Below, piece after piece: positions 19,426 to 29,594 of a stretch of 64,000 nucleotides of DNA. The translations under genes and the position numbers were made by a program. How positions within the stretch are numbered: position 1 is the stretch's first letter; every line of letters starts with the position of its first letter. Below the pieces are notes generated by a model. That model ran no database searches. It worked only from the letters and a program-made list of their open reading frames with translations, and had not been told where the DNA came from. Origin of the DNA: a virus (Duplodnaviria; Caudoviricetes); the IMG/VR virus record IMGVR_UViG_2974753081_000001, positions 32,001 to 96,000 of that record; one strand, given 5' to 3'.

Positions 19426-21192
19426 ATGGCAAGGACACCGGCTCGCGTGTCGCAGGACATCATCGCGAACCTCAACACGACCCTCCCCGGCTTGTCGCTG
19501 GAGATCGGCACGCCCGAGCGCAAGATCATCGACGCGGTGGGCGAGGCCGTCGCCGAGGGCTACCTGGATCAGTACGTCACCGGCACCACCCTCGACATCG
19601 ACACCAAGGCCGGGCTGGAGCTGGAGCAGTTCGTCGGTATCTTCGGCTTCGGTCGGCTCCAGGGGCGCAAGGCCACGGGCATGGTCCACGTCGAGATGAG
19701 CGTCCCGGCGGCGCAGGACATCCAGTTCCCTGCGTCGTCGCAGTTCTTTTTCCGCAGCGAGGGTGACGGCGGCACCCCGCTGTTCTTCTACTCAACCCAG
19801 CCCGCTGTGCTCGTGGCCGGAACCAACAGCGTCGACATCCCGGTGGAATGCACCGTGGCCGGAACCATCGGCAACGTCCCGCCCGGCACGATCAGCTCGA
19901 CCTCGGCTGCTATCGGATCGACCTCGGTCACCAACCTGACCCCGATGACCGGCGGCGTGGACGTCGAGACCGACGACGACCTCCGCCAGCGGTTCAAGAA
20001 CACGTTCCTGCGCAACATCGCGGGCACCGAGGACTTCTATCGCTCGCTGTGTATCGCGAACTACCACGTCTCCAAGGTCGCGATCTACGGCCCGACCACG
20101 ATGTATCGGACCCAGGTCGCGGTGCCGTCGGGCTCGGTCGTGCTCCCGGTCCACCAGGACGTGAAGTACGTGTGGCCGGAGACGCAGAGCGTGTTCAAGA
20201 ACCTCGCGCAGCCCGGCGAGGTGTTCTACACCCCCGGCGGCGTCGACTACACCTGGGGCTCGGGCTCGCAGGCCACCCTGACCCGCAATGCCAGCGGCGC
20301 GATGGTCGCAGGCGAGATCGTGGACGTGGAGTTCGAGTACACGACGCGGTCCAGTCGCAACGTCCCGGCCAGCGGCATCCTGAACAAGATCGACATCTTC
20401 GTGGACGGCCTGGACCCGCTCAGCGTCAGCGAGAAGTCGGTCGTGTCGAACACGCTGTTCTCGAATACGACCACCGACCCGCTGTACGTGAACAACTTCG
20501 TCCGTGTCGGCATCGGCACCGCTCCCTCGGCGTCGAACCGATTCATGCGGCTGGGCTCGGTGCCCGTCGTCGCCTTCCCGAACACGTTGGTCATCAAGGA
20601 CCCGTCCAGTTCGGTCACCACGACCTACACCCGAGGCACCCACTACCACCTGGTCCAGGGCACCACGCTGGTGGCGGGCTCCGAGCGTGAGATCGCGGGC
20701 ATTGAGTGGCTGCCTGCTCCGACCGGACCGGCCAACGGCACTCCGGTGACGGTGACCTACAGCTACAACCGCGTGCCCGAGCTACTGAACGCGATGATAA
20801 AAAATGCCAAGCAGATCACTACCGATGTGCTCGTGCATCAGGCCGAGTGGCGCTACCTCCGGGTGTACCTGGACGTCGAGTACGACCGGGGCATCAGCAT
20901 TGAGCAGGCCAACGCCAACATCCAGACCGCGCTGCGGGCGTTCTTCGGCTCCATGCAGTTCGGTTCCTGGGTCGAGATGAGCGACATCGCGGCGGTGGTC
21001 CACGCGGTGGTCGGCGTCGACAACGTGGTCGTGACGCCGTCGGCCAACAACGCGACCGACTACGGCGTGAAGGTCTACAACACCGCCGATGCGGTCAACC
21101 CGCTGTCGACCAACGCCATCGATTTCAAGCTGAACGACAACCAGCTGCCCGCGTTCCTGGACGCGGTCATCACCCGCAAGGCCAATCGGTAG
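19426..21192 (+). CDS. baseplate J-like protein
   Basis: 'GTIGNV..GTI...VTN..PMTGGVDVETDDDLRQR...AGT' and 'GVDNV' motifs. Confidence 0.85.
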   Translation: MARTPARVSQDIIANLNTTLPGLSLEIGTPERKIIDAVGEAVAEGYLDQYVTGTTLDIDTKAGLELEQFVGIFGFGRLQGRKATGMVHVEMSVPAAQDIQFPASSQFFFRSEGDGGTPLFFYSTQPAVLVAGTNSVDIPVECTVAGTIGNVPPGTISSTSAAIGSTSVTNLTPMTGGVDVETDDDLRQRFKNTFLRNIAGTEDFYRSLCIANYHVSKVAIYGPTTMYRTQVAVPSGSVVLPVHQDVKYVWPETQSVFKNLAQPGEVFYTPGGVDYTWGSGSQATLTRNASGAMVAGEIVDVEFEYTTRSSRNVPASGILNKIDIFVDGLDPLSVSEKSVVSNTLFSNTTTDPLYVNNFVRVGIGTAPSASNRFMRLGSVPVVAFPNTLVIKDPSSSVTTTYTRGTHYHLVQGTTLVAGSEREIAGIEWLPAPTGPANGTPVTVTYSYNRVPELLNAMIKNAKQITTDVLVHQAEWRYLRVYLDVEYDRGISIEQANANIQTALRAFFGSMQFGSWVEMSDIAAVVHAVVGVDNVVVTPSANNATDYGVKVYNTADAVNPLSTNAIDFKLNDNQLPAFLDAVITRKANR

Positions 21193-21199
21193 GTGACCA

Positions 21200-22558
21200 A
21201 TGTCTGACTTCCCGCTGCTGCCACCCAAGTCCATCGAGGCCCGGCTCGCTCACTTCGACGAGACGGTGTATCGGGCGGACAGCTCGACGGTGCTCTACAA
21301 GCTGCTCGACGCTCTCTGTGGCGACGCGGGCGCGGGCGACCTGAAGAAGGGCGCGTTCCTGCGGCGGCTGAGTCAGTCCCTGGAGAACGTGTACTTCTCG
21401 GACCTGGACTACATCTTCGGTGGCATGGGGTTCCTGTCGCGGTCGTCGGAGGAGACCTACCCCTACGACCCGACCAATGACATGCTGACCTCGGATCAGT
21501 GGGATGAGGTCCGGGTCAAGGACGCCTGGTATCGAGCCCGCATCCGCGATTTCTTCATCGCGGCTGGCAAGGGCGGCACTCCGCAGGGCATCCGGCTGGC
21601 GTGCATGGCGGCGACCTCGGTCGACTGTGACATCCACGAGGTCTGGCGCTACCTGGACAACTTCGGCATCAGCGCCGCGCTCGGTCGCTCGCCGGTCTCG
21701 ACTCGCAACGAGTTCGTGGTCCGTCCGCACAAGGCGTCGCTGACCGAGAAGGAGAAGCGCCTGCTGCTGCAGATGCTCAACCGCATCGCTCCGGCGGACA
21801 CCGTGGTCACCGTGAACACCGGCGGTCTCGCGGTCCACACTCCGATCATCCCCAAGACCGCTGCGGCGGATTCGTCGTACTTCGAGGTGCAGAAGGTCGT
21901 CACCGGCACGCCGATCCTCGCCGAGCTGCCCCCGCCTGAGCTGCTGGCCATCGACCTGCGACCGAGTGAGAAGTGGCTGCTGTCGGGCGATCCTTCGACG
22001 GCTCCGTATGCCGCGTTCAACATCACCCAGGAGTACGGCTACTACTACCTCGCCTCCGGCGGTGCCCGATCGCCGGTCGACTCGGTGCTCTACGGCACGC
22101 TGGCCGACAACGGTGCGTTCAAGCCTGAGACCAACTTCGAGAGCTTCCAGGTCATCGAGCAGTTCACCGCCTGGATGGAGTACGACCGCGCCGACAGCCC
22201 GGACAACTTCCCCGGTGGTAAGTTCGGTCTGACGCCGGATGCGGCCCCGGCAAAGAACCCCGACGGCACTCCGTATGTGTTCCGGTACGAGAGCCAGCAG
22301 GAGTTCGTGAACAAGGTCAAGGCCGAGGTGATCTCTGGAGGCGGAGAGGCGGACGACTTGCGCTACCGGCTGCCGATCATCGCGTCGTCGTCGTCCAAGA
22401 AGACGTTCACCCCCGATCTCGCTGTCGCCTGGAATCCGCCGACGAAGGACTCCACGGTGACCAAGGCGTGGACCTCGGGCACTCCGTATCAGGCGTCGGC
22501 CACAACCAACCACGACAACCCGTGGTCGGTCGGACTCAACCTTGGGCTGGTGCCATGA
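21200..22558 (+). CDS. baseplate wedge protein, tail protein I-like
   Basis: Follows J; 'YRARI...KGGTPQGI' motif. Confidence 0.6.
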   Translation: MSDFPLLPPKSIEARLAHFDETVYRADSSTVLYKLLDALCGDAGAGDLKKGAFLRRLSQSLENVYFSDLDYIFGGMGFLSRSSEETYPYDPTNDMLTSDQWDEVRVKDAWYRARIRDFFIAAGKGGTPQGIRLACMAATSVDCDIHEVWRYLDNFGISAALGRSPVSTRNEFVVRPHKASLTEKEKRLLLQMLNRIAPADTVVTVNTGGLAVHTPIIPKTAAADSSYFEVQKVVTGTPILAELPPPELLAIDLRPSEKWLLSGDPSTAPYAAFNITQEYGYYYLASGGARSPVDSVLYGTLADNGAFKPETNFESFQVIEQFTAWMEYDRADSPDNFPGGKFGLTPDAAPAKNPDGTPYVFRYESQQEFVNKVKAEVISGGGEADDLRYRLPIIASSSSKKTFTPDLAVAWNPPTKDSTVTKAWTSGTPYQASATTNHDNPWSVGLNLGLVP

Positions 22559-25500
22559 CCGGACTGTATTTCGAGTTCCACTTCCCGCTGAGCCTGCGTG
22601 ACCTCATCGTCAACCTGCTCAACTTCAAGAACTTCGACCCGAAGAACCCGGTTCCGCCGACCGACACCAGCACGCGGCAGTGGTTCTCGCAGCCGCGCGT
22701 GTCCACCGACGAGACCGTGGAGACCATCCGCGTCAACTACAAGCTGCCGTTGTCGGTCTCGGAGGTCTCGGTCGAGGTCGCGCGCGTGCCCTGCCGGGTG
22801 GAGTTCTGGTACAAGGACCGGTCGAACAACTGGCTGCAGATGCGCGACCGTCAGCGCGTGCCGGTCGGCTTGAACGTCGCCGGTTCCTCTGCGGCGTCGG
22901 CAAGCTGGTACCGCTACACCTCGACGGTCTACCCCATCGTCGCCAAGGCGGTCGAGGTTCGGATCGTCCGTACGCCGGACCCCACTGCTGCCAACCGCCC
23001 GTACTCGGTCGGCCTGATGAACCTGCTCGTGAAGCGCAACGTCTACGAGCGCAACCAGGGGGTGCAGTACCTGGAGGAGGAGCAGGACGTCCTCGGCAAC
23101 GTCATCTCGAAGTACATCAAGGACTGGGACGCCTCCAAGGCCATCGACCACGATGCCTCGACGTACTGGAAGTCCGGTCCCATGCCGGACCCGAGCGCGG
23201 TGGTTTCGTGCTACCTGGACGTGCGGACCCCCAGCGGCATGCCGCAGGCGATGGACCAGCTCTACATCGACCCGGTTCACTCCGGCCAGCACCTGAACCT
23301 GTACTACTCCAACGACGACACCGTGGTGTCGCGGCGCATCTCGCCGATCTCACTCGTGCCCGACCTGGACAACAACACCGACTGGCGCGTGAACATCGGT
23401 CGCTGGGACCTGTCGAACCAGACGATGCAGGACGCCCACTACGAGTTCCCGTCGCAGTGGGGACCCAAGCTGCGCCAGCCCGCGTGGTTCGGTGTCGAGT
23501 GGACCCCCGATTTCGACCCGCTCAACGGGCCGTCGCTGTTCCCGATCCTGTTCAAGGTGATCTCGCCGCCCAACTCTGAGGGGTGGGCTCCGGAGGTCAC
23601 CTACGACCCCGGCGCGGGCACGTTCAACCTCACGTTCCGCCACGGCGGCGACGCTCCGGTGACCTACAGCGCGCCGATGACCAACGCCTTTCGCAAGGAC
23701 GAGCCCGTCCGGCTGGTCGCTGGCTGGGCCTACGACCCGGACCGCTTCATCCTGAAGGTGGTCGACCGTCGCGGTGCGGTCATCGCACAGACCTCGGGCA
23801 ACACCGAGACGGTGCCGGACCTGATCACCTTCGACAGCTCGATTCAGTTCCGCCGGTTCCGGGGGACCCTGACGGCCACTGTGCTGAAGCTGCAGGAGTG
23901 GACCGGGGAGATCGACCAGTTCTTCGCGAACCCGATCACCTACGTCAACCCCGACCCCGTGCTGCCCGATGTCCAGGGCGTGGTGCCTCCGTCGTCTCTG
24001 GACGACGCCATCTACGCGGCGGACTGGACGCAGCAGGAGCATGGCATCGGCGGCATCGACCACACCGAGTTCGCCTCGAAGGAGTGGACGCCGATCTGGC
24101 AGAACTACGTGGCCGAGAAGGGCACGCTGAACCTGCCGCAGATGATTTCGGCGAAGTATCTGAAGCTGGAGTTCACCAACCTCACCGAGGAGCCGTACCC
24201 GATCTACGAGTCGGGCATCGACGTCAGCTACAAAGTGTTCCCGATCTCGGTCCAGCAGGTCTCGGAGATGGGGCCGAAGCTCTACACCGGCTCCGAGGTC
24301 GGCGGGCTGCTCGGCGTGGCGAACCTCAACGGCATCAAGAGCCTGAACTGGTTCAACCCGTTCGCCGTCATCGGCGCGGGGCTGTCGATCATAACTCCGC
24401 AGACCGAGCCGGTCCGCGTCGATACCGGTCCGGGTTACGTCACCAACGCGCTGCCGCACCAGCTCGATAGCTCGATCACCAAGAGCTACCGAGCTGAGTT
24501 GTCGAGCACGCAGGTCTATCGGCGTGACGTGATCGACCCCTACGTGCTCGCCGAGGATCAGTACTACACCACGATCAAGGGCGAGGGGTTGGCGAAGCTG
24601 CAGCCGTTCACCAACATCCCGTGGGCGGAGATCGAGGCCGCGAATCCCGGCGTCATCAGCCACAAGAACCAGCTCGGCTCCATCCCGGTGCGGGGCACGG
24701 ACTGGTGGATTTTCCCCGGCCAGTCGCTGCGCATCCCGGCCTCGGTCATGGAGCGAATCACCTCGACGTCGACCGTCACCGAGCGCAAGGCCACGCTGTC
24801 GACCCGCGTTCGTTTCACCACGACGGCGGTCCATCGCTATGAGACCCGGACGCTGCGCCGGGACGCGGCCATTGCCTACTTCGCCGGTCTCCGCGAGGTC
24901 ATGCCTATGATCTCCAGCTTCATCTTCGGCGTGGACAAGGAGGAGTTCGACTTCCCGTTCTACTCGCCGTCGCAATGGAACTACACGAACATCCGGACCA
25001 CCCCGAACTCAGTGGTGACCTACGACAACACCGCTGGGCCGTCCGGCCACGGCGAGATGTACTTCACGCTGCAGACCCACTCGAATTTCGCCAAGATGAA
25101 GGCCAATTTCCGAGACTCGGGGATGCTGCGCGGCGAGGCGATGTGGTCGTCTGCCGACTCCGACAAGCTCTCGCCGTATGCCAAGCTGCTGCCGACGAAC
25201 ATCGAGGGCTCGATGTGGTCGGACGCCTTCGTGCAGTGGAACGATCCCGCTGCGCCGTGGGGCGCTGTGCGCGGCGTCGTCGCGGCCAACCTGGACCCGG
25301 ACCGCCGGTACCAGGGACGCCGCGTGCTGCGGGTGTCGCGCGTGGCCGGTGCCGGTGAGGCGGGCATCTCGCTGCTGCAGAAGACCCACTACATCGCGGG
25401 CGCGCTGTTCCGGCTCGGCTGCGTGATCTACAAGCCGTTCGACAACGACAACGTCATCCTGCTGCGACTGGTGCGGACCTCCGACAACGCTGTGATCTAC

Positions 25501-25842
25501 GAGACCCCGGTGCAGGCGACGGCGGGCCGTTGGACCGACTTCACCACGGAGCTGGTGGAGGTCCCGGCGGGCGACCAGGAGTACCGGATCAACCTGGTCT
25601 CGACCGGCGACGAGGCCGATGAGCTGTATATCAGCGACGTCTACTCGGAGCTGTGCCACGTGCGCTACTTCATGCAGCTGGGGTCGGGCGGGTTCACGCA
25701 CGAGGTCACCGACCTGCGCTACAAGGACACCGCTGCGGTGGCCGTAACTACGCCGGTCAATCAGGCGACGGTGCGGACGGTGATCATGAGCGATGAGGGG
25801 TTCGCCTACGGCTGCACGCTGACGCCGCAATATCTGCAGTGA
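22555..25842 (+). CDS. large baseplate/minor tail protein with carbohydrate-binding-like domains
   Basis: ATGA overlap; ~1095 aa; 'KAIDHDASTYWKS' discoidin-like, 'AKYLKLEF'. Confidence 0.6.
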   Translation: MTGLYFEFHFPLSLRDLIVNLLNFKNFDPKNPVPPTDTSTRQWFSQPRVSTDETVETIRVNYKLPLSVSEVSVEVARVPCRVEFWYKDRSNNWLQMRDRQRVPVGLNVAGSSAASASWYRYTSTVYPIVAKAVEVRIVRTPDPTAANRPYSVGLMNLLVKRNVYERNQGVQYLEEEQDVLGNVISKYIKDWDASKAIDHDASTYWKSGPMPDPSAVVSCYLDVRTPSGMPQAMDQLYIDPVHSGQHLNLYYSNDDTVVSRRISPISLVPDLDNNTDWRVNIGRWDLSNQTMQDAHYEFPSQWGPKLRQPAWFGVEWTPDFDPLNGPSLFPILFKVISPPNSEGWAPEVTYDPGAGTFNLTFRHGGDAPVTYSAPMTNAFRKDEPVRLVAGWAYDPDRFILKVVDRRGAVIAQTSGNTETVPDLITFDSSIQFRRFRGTLTATVLKLQEWTGEIDQFFANPITYVNPDPVLPDVQGVVPPSSLDDAIYAADWTQQEHGIGGIDHTEFASKEWTPIWQNYVAEKGTLNLPQMISAKYLKLEFTNLTEEPYPIYESGIDVSYKVFPISVQQVSEMGPKLYTGSEVGGLLGVANLNGIKSLNWFNPFAVIGAGLSIITPQTEPVRVDTGPGYVTNALPHQLDSSITKSYRAELSSTQVYRRDVIDPYVLAEDQYYTTIKGEGLAKLQPFTNIPWAEIEAANPGVISHKNQLGSIPVRGTDWWIFPGQSLRIPASVMERITSTSTVTERKATLSTRVRFTTTAVHRYETRTLRRDAAIAYFAGLREVMPMISSFIFGVDKEEFDFPFYSPSQWNYTNIRTTPNSVVTYDNTAGPSGHGEMYFTLQTHSNFAKMKANFRDSGMLRGEAMWSSADSDKLSPYAKLLPTNIEGSMWSDAFVQWNDPAAPWGAVRGVVAANLDPDRRYQGRRVLRVSRVAGAGEAGISLLQKTHYIAGALFRLGCVIYKPFDNDNVILLRLVRTSDNAVIYETPVQATAGRWTDFTTELVEVPAGDQEYRINLVSTGDEADELYISDVYSELCHVRYFMQLGSGGFTHEVTDLRYKDTAAVAVTTPVNQATVRTVIMSDEGFAYGCTLTPQYLQ

Positions 25843-25843
25843 C

Positions 25844-25871
25844 TTGACTCTGCACTACACACGTGTATAGT
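25844..25871 (+). promoter_or_regulatory. sigma-A-like promoter overlapping an imperfect CACTACAC palindrome
   Basis: TTGACT-N16-TATAGT. Confidence 0.55.
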
Positions 25872-25916
25872 GGGTGTTGTTAGGGACGCAGTCCACTACC
25901 CACCACGGAGGACGAG

Positions 25917-26234
25917 ATGAAGCTACAGCGCCGCATCAAGGGATTCAGCTACGGGGCGACAGTTGGCGGCTACGACTTCAACATCGCCCGCCACGAGGAT
26001 GGCAAGGGCTGGGTCGTTGCGATGCGCAAGGTCGTCCACGACGAGGTCTTGGACATGGACCACGTGATCGGGCAGCCCGTCGAGTTCACCGAGTACGAGA
26101 GCAGCCTGAACGACATCCGAGGCATCCTGAAGCACTTCGAGGCGACGGACGCACCGTACGTCAGCGCGGGCGAACGCTACCGCAGCGCGTGGGCCGCGTT
26201 CGTTGAGGCCGATCCTTCTTTCACATTGCACTAG
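25917..26234 (+). CDS. hypothetical protein
   Basis: GGAGG RBS. Confidence 0.7.
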   Translation: MKLQRRIKGFSYGATVGGYDFNIARHEDGKGWVVAMRKVVHDEVLDMDHVIGQPVEFTEYESSLNDIRGILKHFEATDAPYVSAGERYRSAWAAFVEADPSFTLH

Positions 26235-26280
26235 CGCGGTCCGAATACTGACGCCTCCAACCCCCGACCAAGGAGAAAAA

Positions 26281-26475
26281 ATGCGAGTCCTCACCCCCGA
26301 GACCATCGACCTGGCGCTCGACGCCTACGACCAGGCGCGGATCGTGGCCACGGCCACCGGATCGGTCGGCGCTACCTTCATCCACAGCAAGGGCGACGTC
26401 GAGGTCCGCGCGATCTGGCACCGCCGCGACGAGGTCGCCGACCACAAGCACGTCGCCAAGGAGGTCCGGCGATGA
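26281..26475 (+). CDS. hypothetical protein
   Basis: AGGAG RBS preceded by CCCCGACCA. Confidence 0.65.
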   Translation: MRVLTPETIDLALDAYDQARIVATATGSVGATFIHSKGDVEVRAIWHRRDEVADHKHVAKEVRR

Positions 26476-26687
26476 CGGGCCTCAACAAGGTTCAGCGGTA
26501 CGTGCTGAGCCAGCTGCCGGGCGACGCCGAGCTGGTCAAGTGTGGCCTGAAGCGGTCCGGACTGTTCGGTGGCCGCAGCGGCTTCTATGTCATCTACGAA
26601 CTGGACGGCAAGCGGTTCCGGCAGTACTTCACCGAAGAGGCCATCCTCACCTACCTGTTCGCCGACGCGATGGAGCCGACGGAATGA
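26472..26687 (+). CDS. hypothetical protein
   Basis: ATGA overlap, AGGAGG RBS. Confidence 0.65.
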   Translation: MTGLNKVQRYVLSQLPGDAELVKCGLKRSGLFGGRSGFYVIYELDGKRFRQYFTEEAILTYLFADAMEPTE

Positions 26688-26872
26688 GCGGCGGGGAGGA
26701 GCCCACGGTGGCTGACCGGCTAGCTCAGTTCCAGCGCGAGGTCCAGCGGGCGCGTGGGGCGTGCTGCGCCAAGCACCGCAAGGAGCAGATGGCGTGGGCG
26801 GCTGAGGGCCTGGACCACTGGCTGAAAGGAGAGATCGATCGTGTCGACCGAACCCCAAGCATCGCAGGATGA
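26684..26872 (+). CDS. hypothetical protein
   Basis: ATGA overlap. Confidence 0.55.
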   Translation: MSGGEEPTVADRLAQFQREVQRARGACCAKHRKEQMAWAAEGLDHWLKGEIDRVDRTPSIAG

Positions 26873-26929
26873 GCTGTCGCGAGCTGGGGATGCCGTGAAG
26901 GACATCCTGGAAGAGGAAGGATTCATCTG

Positions 26930-27082
26930 ATGGGGCGCATCGGACCCCGCAACGCCACCATCCTCTGGTGCGACGTCTGCCAGAGCCAGACCACTCACGA
27001 CAACACCGACCCCGACCACCCGACCTGCCACGTGTGCTCGATCAAGCTGCTGGCGCAGACCAAGGAGGTTGGCGACGGCTAG
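26930..27082 (+). CDS. 50-aa zinc-ribbon microprotein
   Basis: MGRIGPRNATILWCDVC...PTCHVCSIK; two CxxC pairs. Confidence 0.55.
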   Translation: MGRIGPRNATILWCDVCQSQTTHDNTDPDHPTCHVCSIKLLAQTKEVGDG

Positions 27083-27095
27083 TGGTACTTCCCGA

Positions 27096-27181
27096 GGGGG
27101 AGAGTTAAATCCGCCCAAAGTGCGGACAAGGACGGCCAAGCAAGAGCGTATGGGCTCGGTGCCGTACCTGCTCATCCACCA
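27096..27181 (+). ncRNA. possible degenerate tRNA-like RNA ending ACCA
   Basis: GGGGGAG/CTCATCC-ACCA ends; two internal hairpins. Confidence 0.25.
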
Positions 27182-27204
27182 AAAAAAATGTGGGCTTACC
27201 GCCC
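27181..27204 (-). terminator. intrinsic terminator for the helicase gene
   Basis: Minus strand GGGC-GGTAA-GCCC, then ACA and T8, just after the helicase stop. Confidence 0.55.
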
Positions 27205-27211
27205 TCTCGGG

Positions 27212-29068
27212 TCATCGGGGAGCCAGGCCACCGCGAACCAAGAGTCGCATGGCCTGGCTCTCTGTCATTGCCAGCTGCTCCGCGCTGTAGCGCGACAGGT
27301 TCTCCACTGTGCCCTGAGTGGCCGCGCTGACTGCCCGTCGGGCTTCGTTGATCGCCCAGACCTGTTCTTCGACCGATCCTTCCACGATGTAGACGTAGGC
27401 GGTGAGGCCGTCGAGGTGGCTGTCAGCACGGTCGATTCGGTCATTGCGCTGCATCAGCGTGTCGGGGTCGTAGGGGCTCTCGACGTTGATCACGTAGCGG
27501 GCGTTCTGGAAATTGAGGCCGTAGGCTCCGGCGTCGCTGGAGAGGAACACCGTCAGGTCCGGGTCGGCCTTGAATCGGTCCTGGGCATCCTGAGCCTCGG
27601 CGTCGGTCATGCCGGTGCCGTAGTGCGTGACGTAGGGGATACGGTGCGCCTTCAGTTCTTTCGCGAGCAGGAACAGGGTCAGGTAGGTCCATTGAGTGAA
27701 GACGACGACCTGGTCTCCCTGGTCCCTGATCTGAGAGATTTTGTCGATGATCATCTCGAATTTCGAGGACGGCGTCCGCATGACCCAGTCCGGGTGTTCG
27801 AGGGTCATCCGCTGCGCTACCTCGCTCTCGCTGTATCGCAGCGCGGCGGGTGTGTTCGCGATGTAGCGCAGGCAGGCGTAGTACTGGGCGACGCGGTCGT
27901 CGTCCTCGGCAGCCCACTCGCGCAGGGTGTCGGCGATGCGCTGCTCATCGCGTGACGGCTGGACGTAGATCGCTTCGGTCCTCATGCCCTTGAAGAACTC
28001 GCGCACGCCGGGGTCGGTTTTGCGGACGGCCATCGTCTGCCGGGACACGCGGTGGCGCACCTCGACCAGCTCGTGGAGGTCCCAGTGGTATCGCTTCAGC
28101 TTCACCCCGTTGCCCATGACGTAGGTCTCGACCTTGGGGCAGTAGCGATCGATGAAGTCCTTCCGGGTGCCCAGGGGGTTTTTGTTCGAGGAGAGGTCGT
28201 AGACGTCGTGGTAGCGCAGCGGGCTCGACTTCACGATGGAGGCCGACATCGGCCAGACGCTCGCGGTGTTCGCCAGCTTGAACAGCTTGTCCAGGGCCTG
28301 CCGGGACTTGTTGCGATCGTTGTCTCCGCGCAGCACCAGCTGGACCTCATCGCAGACGAACAGCACGTTGCGACCCACGATCAGGTCGGCGATCTCTTCG
28401 TAGTCGAACTTGCACTTCTCGTAGTTGAGCACCAGGACGTTGGCCGTCGTCTCGGCATAGCGTTTGCGGCGGCGATCCTTGCTGCCGTCGATCACCTCGG
28501 CCTTGAGCTGCGTGATGGTCTCGATCTGGCGGGCCAGGTTGACCTTGTTCTTCCGCAGGGTGAAGGCCAGCGTGAGGTCGGCGAGACCTCGGTTGTGCAT
28601 CTCCTGGGCTCCGGCGGCGGCTATGACCGACTTCCCGGTCCCGGTGCCGAAGTTGAAGAAGAAGCCGTCTTTGGACAGCCGGTGGTTCTGGCTGTCGATG
28701 GCTCGGCGGATGGCGAACTGCTGGAAGGGGAACAGTTCTTTGCCCTCTCCGAGGTCGAGCCCGGCGACATCCAGCGGCTGTGACCACTCGCGGTACTTCT
28801 CGATGATCGGCTTGGCCGAGGGGAGCACGAACGCCTGTCGCCCACTCTTTCCCAGCGCATCGATCAGGTTCCCGTACATGAACAGCTCGCTCAGCAGGGA
28901 GAAGCTGCTGATGTAGTCCGAGTGCTGCCGGACGAATGCCTCCTGGTCGGGGGCGAAGAACGACAGCTCGCCGGGGTATTGCGTGCTCTCTTCGATGACG
29001 CAGAGGCTGCGGCCCTCGCGCAGGGCTGGCCGGACATCGTCGGTTCCGGCAACGTAGGTCGGGATCAT
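27212..29068 (-). CDS. SNF2/SF2-family DNA helicase
   Basis: Walker A GTGTGKS, DEVQ, SAS, 'SDAGAYGLNFQNA', 'QRNDRIDR'. Confidence 0.85.
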   Translation of the reverse strand: MIPTYVAGTDDVRPALREGRSLCVIEESTQYPGELSFFAPDQEAFVRQHSDYISSFSLLSELFMYGNLIDALGKSGRQAFVLPSAKPIIEKYREWSQPLDVAGLDLGEGKELFPFQQFAIRRAIDSQNHRLSKDGFFFNFGTGTGKSVIAAAGAQEMHNRGLADLTLAFTLRKNKVNLARQIETITQLKAEVIDGSKDRRRKRYAETTANVLVLNYEKCKFDYEEIADLIVGRNVLFVCDEVQLVLRGDNDRNKSRQALDKLFKLANTASVWPMSASIVKSSPLRYHDVYDLSSNKNPLGTRKDFIDRYCPKVETYVMGNGVKLKRYHWDLHELVEVRHRVSRQTMAVRKTDPGVREFFKGMRTEAIYVQPSRDEQRIADTLREWAAEDDDRVAQYYACLRYIANTPAALRYSESEVAQRMTLEHPDWVMRTPSSKFEMIIDKISQIRDQGDQVVVFTQWTYLTLFLLAKELKAHRIPYVTHYGTGMTDAEAQDAQDRFKADPDLTVFLSSDAGAYGLNFQNARYVINVESPYDPDTLMQRNDRIDRADSHLDGLTAYVYIVEGSVEEQVWAINEARRAVSAATQGTVENLSRYSAEQLAMTESQAMRLLVRGGLAPR

Positions 29069-29082
29069 GGTTTCATCCTATG

Positions 29083-29104
29083 CGGGTAGTGTTAACACAA
29101 CCCG
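29083..29104. promoter_or_regulatory. 22-bp palindromic operator-like site in divergent promoter region
   Basis: CGGGTAGTGTTAACACAACCCG, one mismatched pair. Confidence 0.55.
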
Positions 29105-29127
29105 TCAATACGTCTGAGGAGACCTCG

Positions 29128-29532
29128 GTGAAGATTCGTGAGGACAAGGCGGCGCTCTGGTCGCTGCAGTGCAAGGAGTTCGAGGGCGACGAGACGGGGC
29201 GGCAATTCCTGACCTACCTCACCCTCTGGTGTGACGCTGCCGAGGCGATCATCGAGCGCGACCACCACCTGGAGAGCGTTCGTCCGGTCCGCGACTGTTT
29301 CCTGGAGGCGATGGACGTACCTGAGCATCAGCTCGGCAAGGTCGACGGCACCTTCATGGGGCCGATGCTCATGTACATCATCAGCGCGTGGGAGTACGGC
29401 GAGGCGCTCGCCGACGAGCTGTCGGTGATCGAGCTGCGTGTCGTCGCCTCGGCGGTGGATCAGCAGCGCGAGCATCTACAACAGCTCGCCGAGCAACGCA
29501 GTAACGAATCGGAGCCCGCTGTCGATAGCTAG
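29128..29532 (+). CDS. hypothetical protein
   Basis: GAGGAG RBS before GTG 29128. Confidence 0.7.
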   Translation: MKIREDKAALWSLQCKEFEGDETGRQFLTYLTLWCDAAEAIIERDHHLESVRPVRDCFLEAMDVPEHQLGKVDGTFMGPMLMYIISAWEYGEALADELSVIELRVVASAVDQQREHLQQLAEQRSNESEPAVDS

Positions 29533-29594
29533 GGTGTACGACACGCTGCATGGGCGAGGGCCTGGCGGCAGATAATTTTTCCTGAGGAGGAAGC

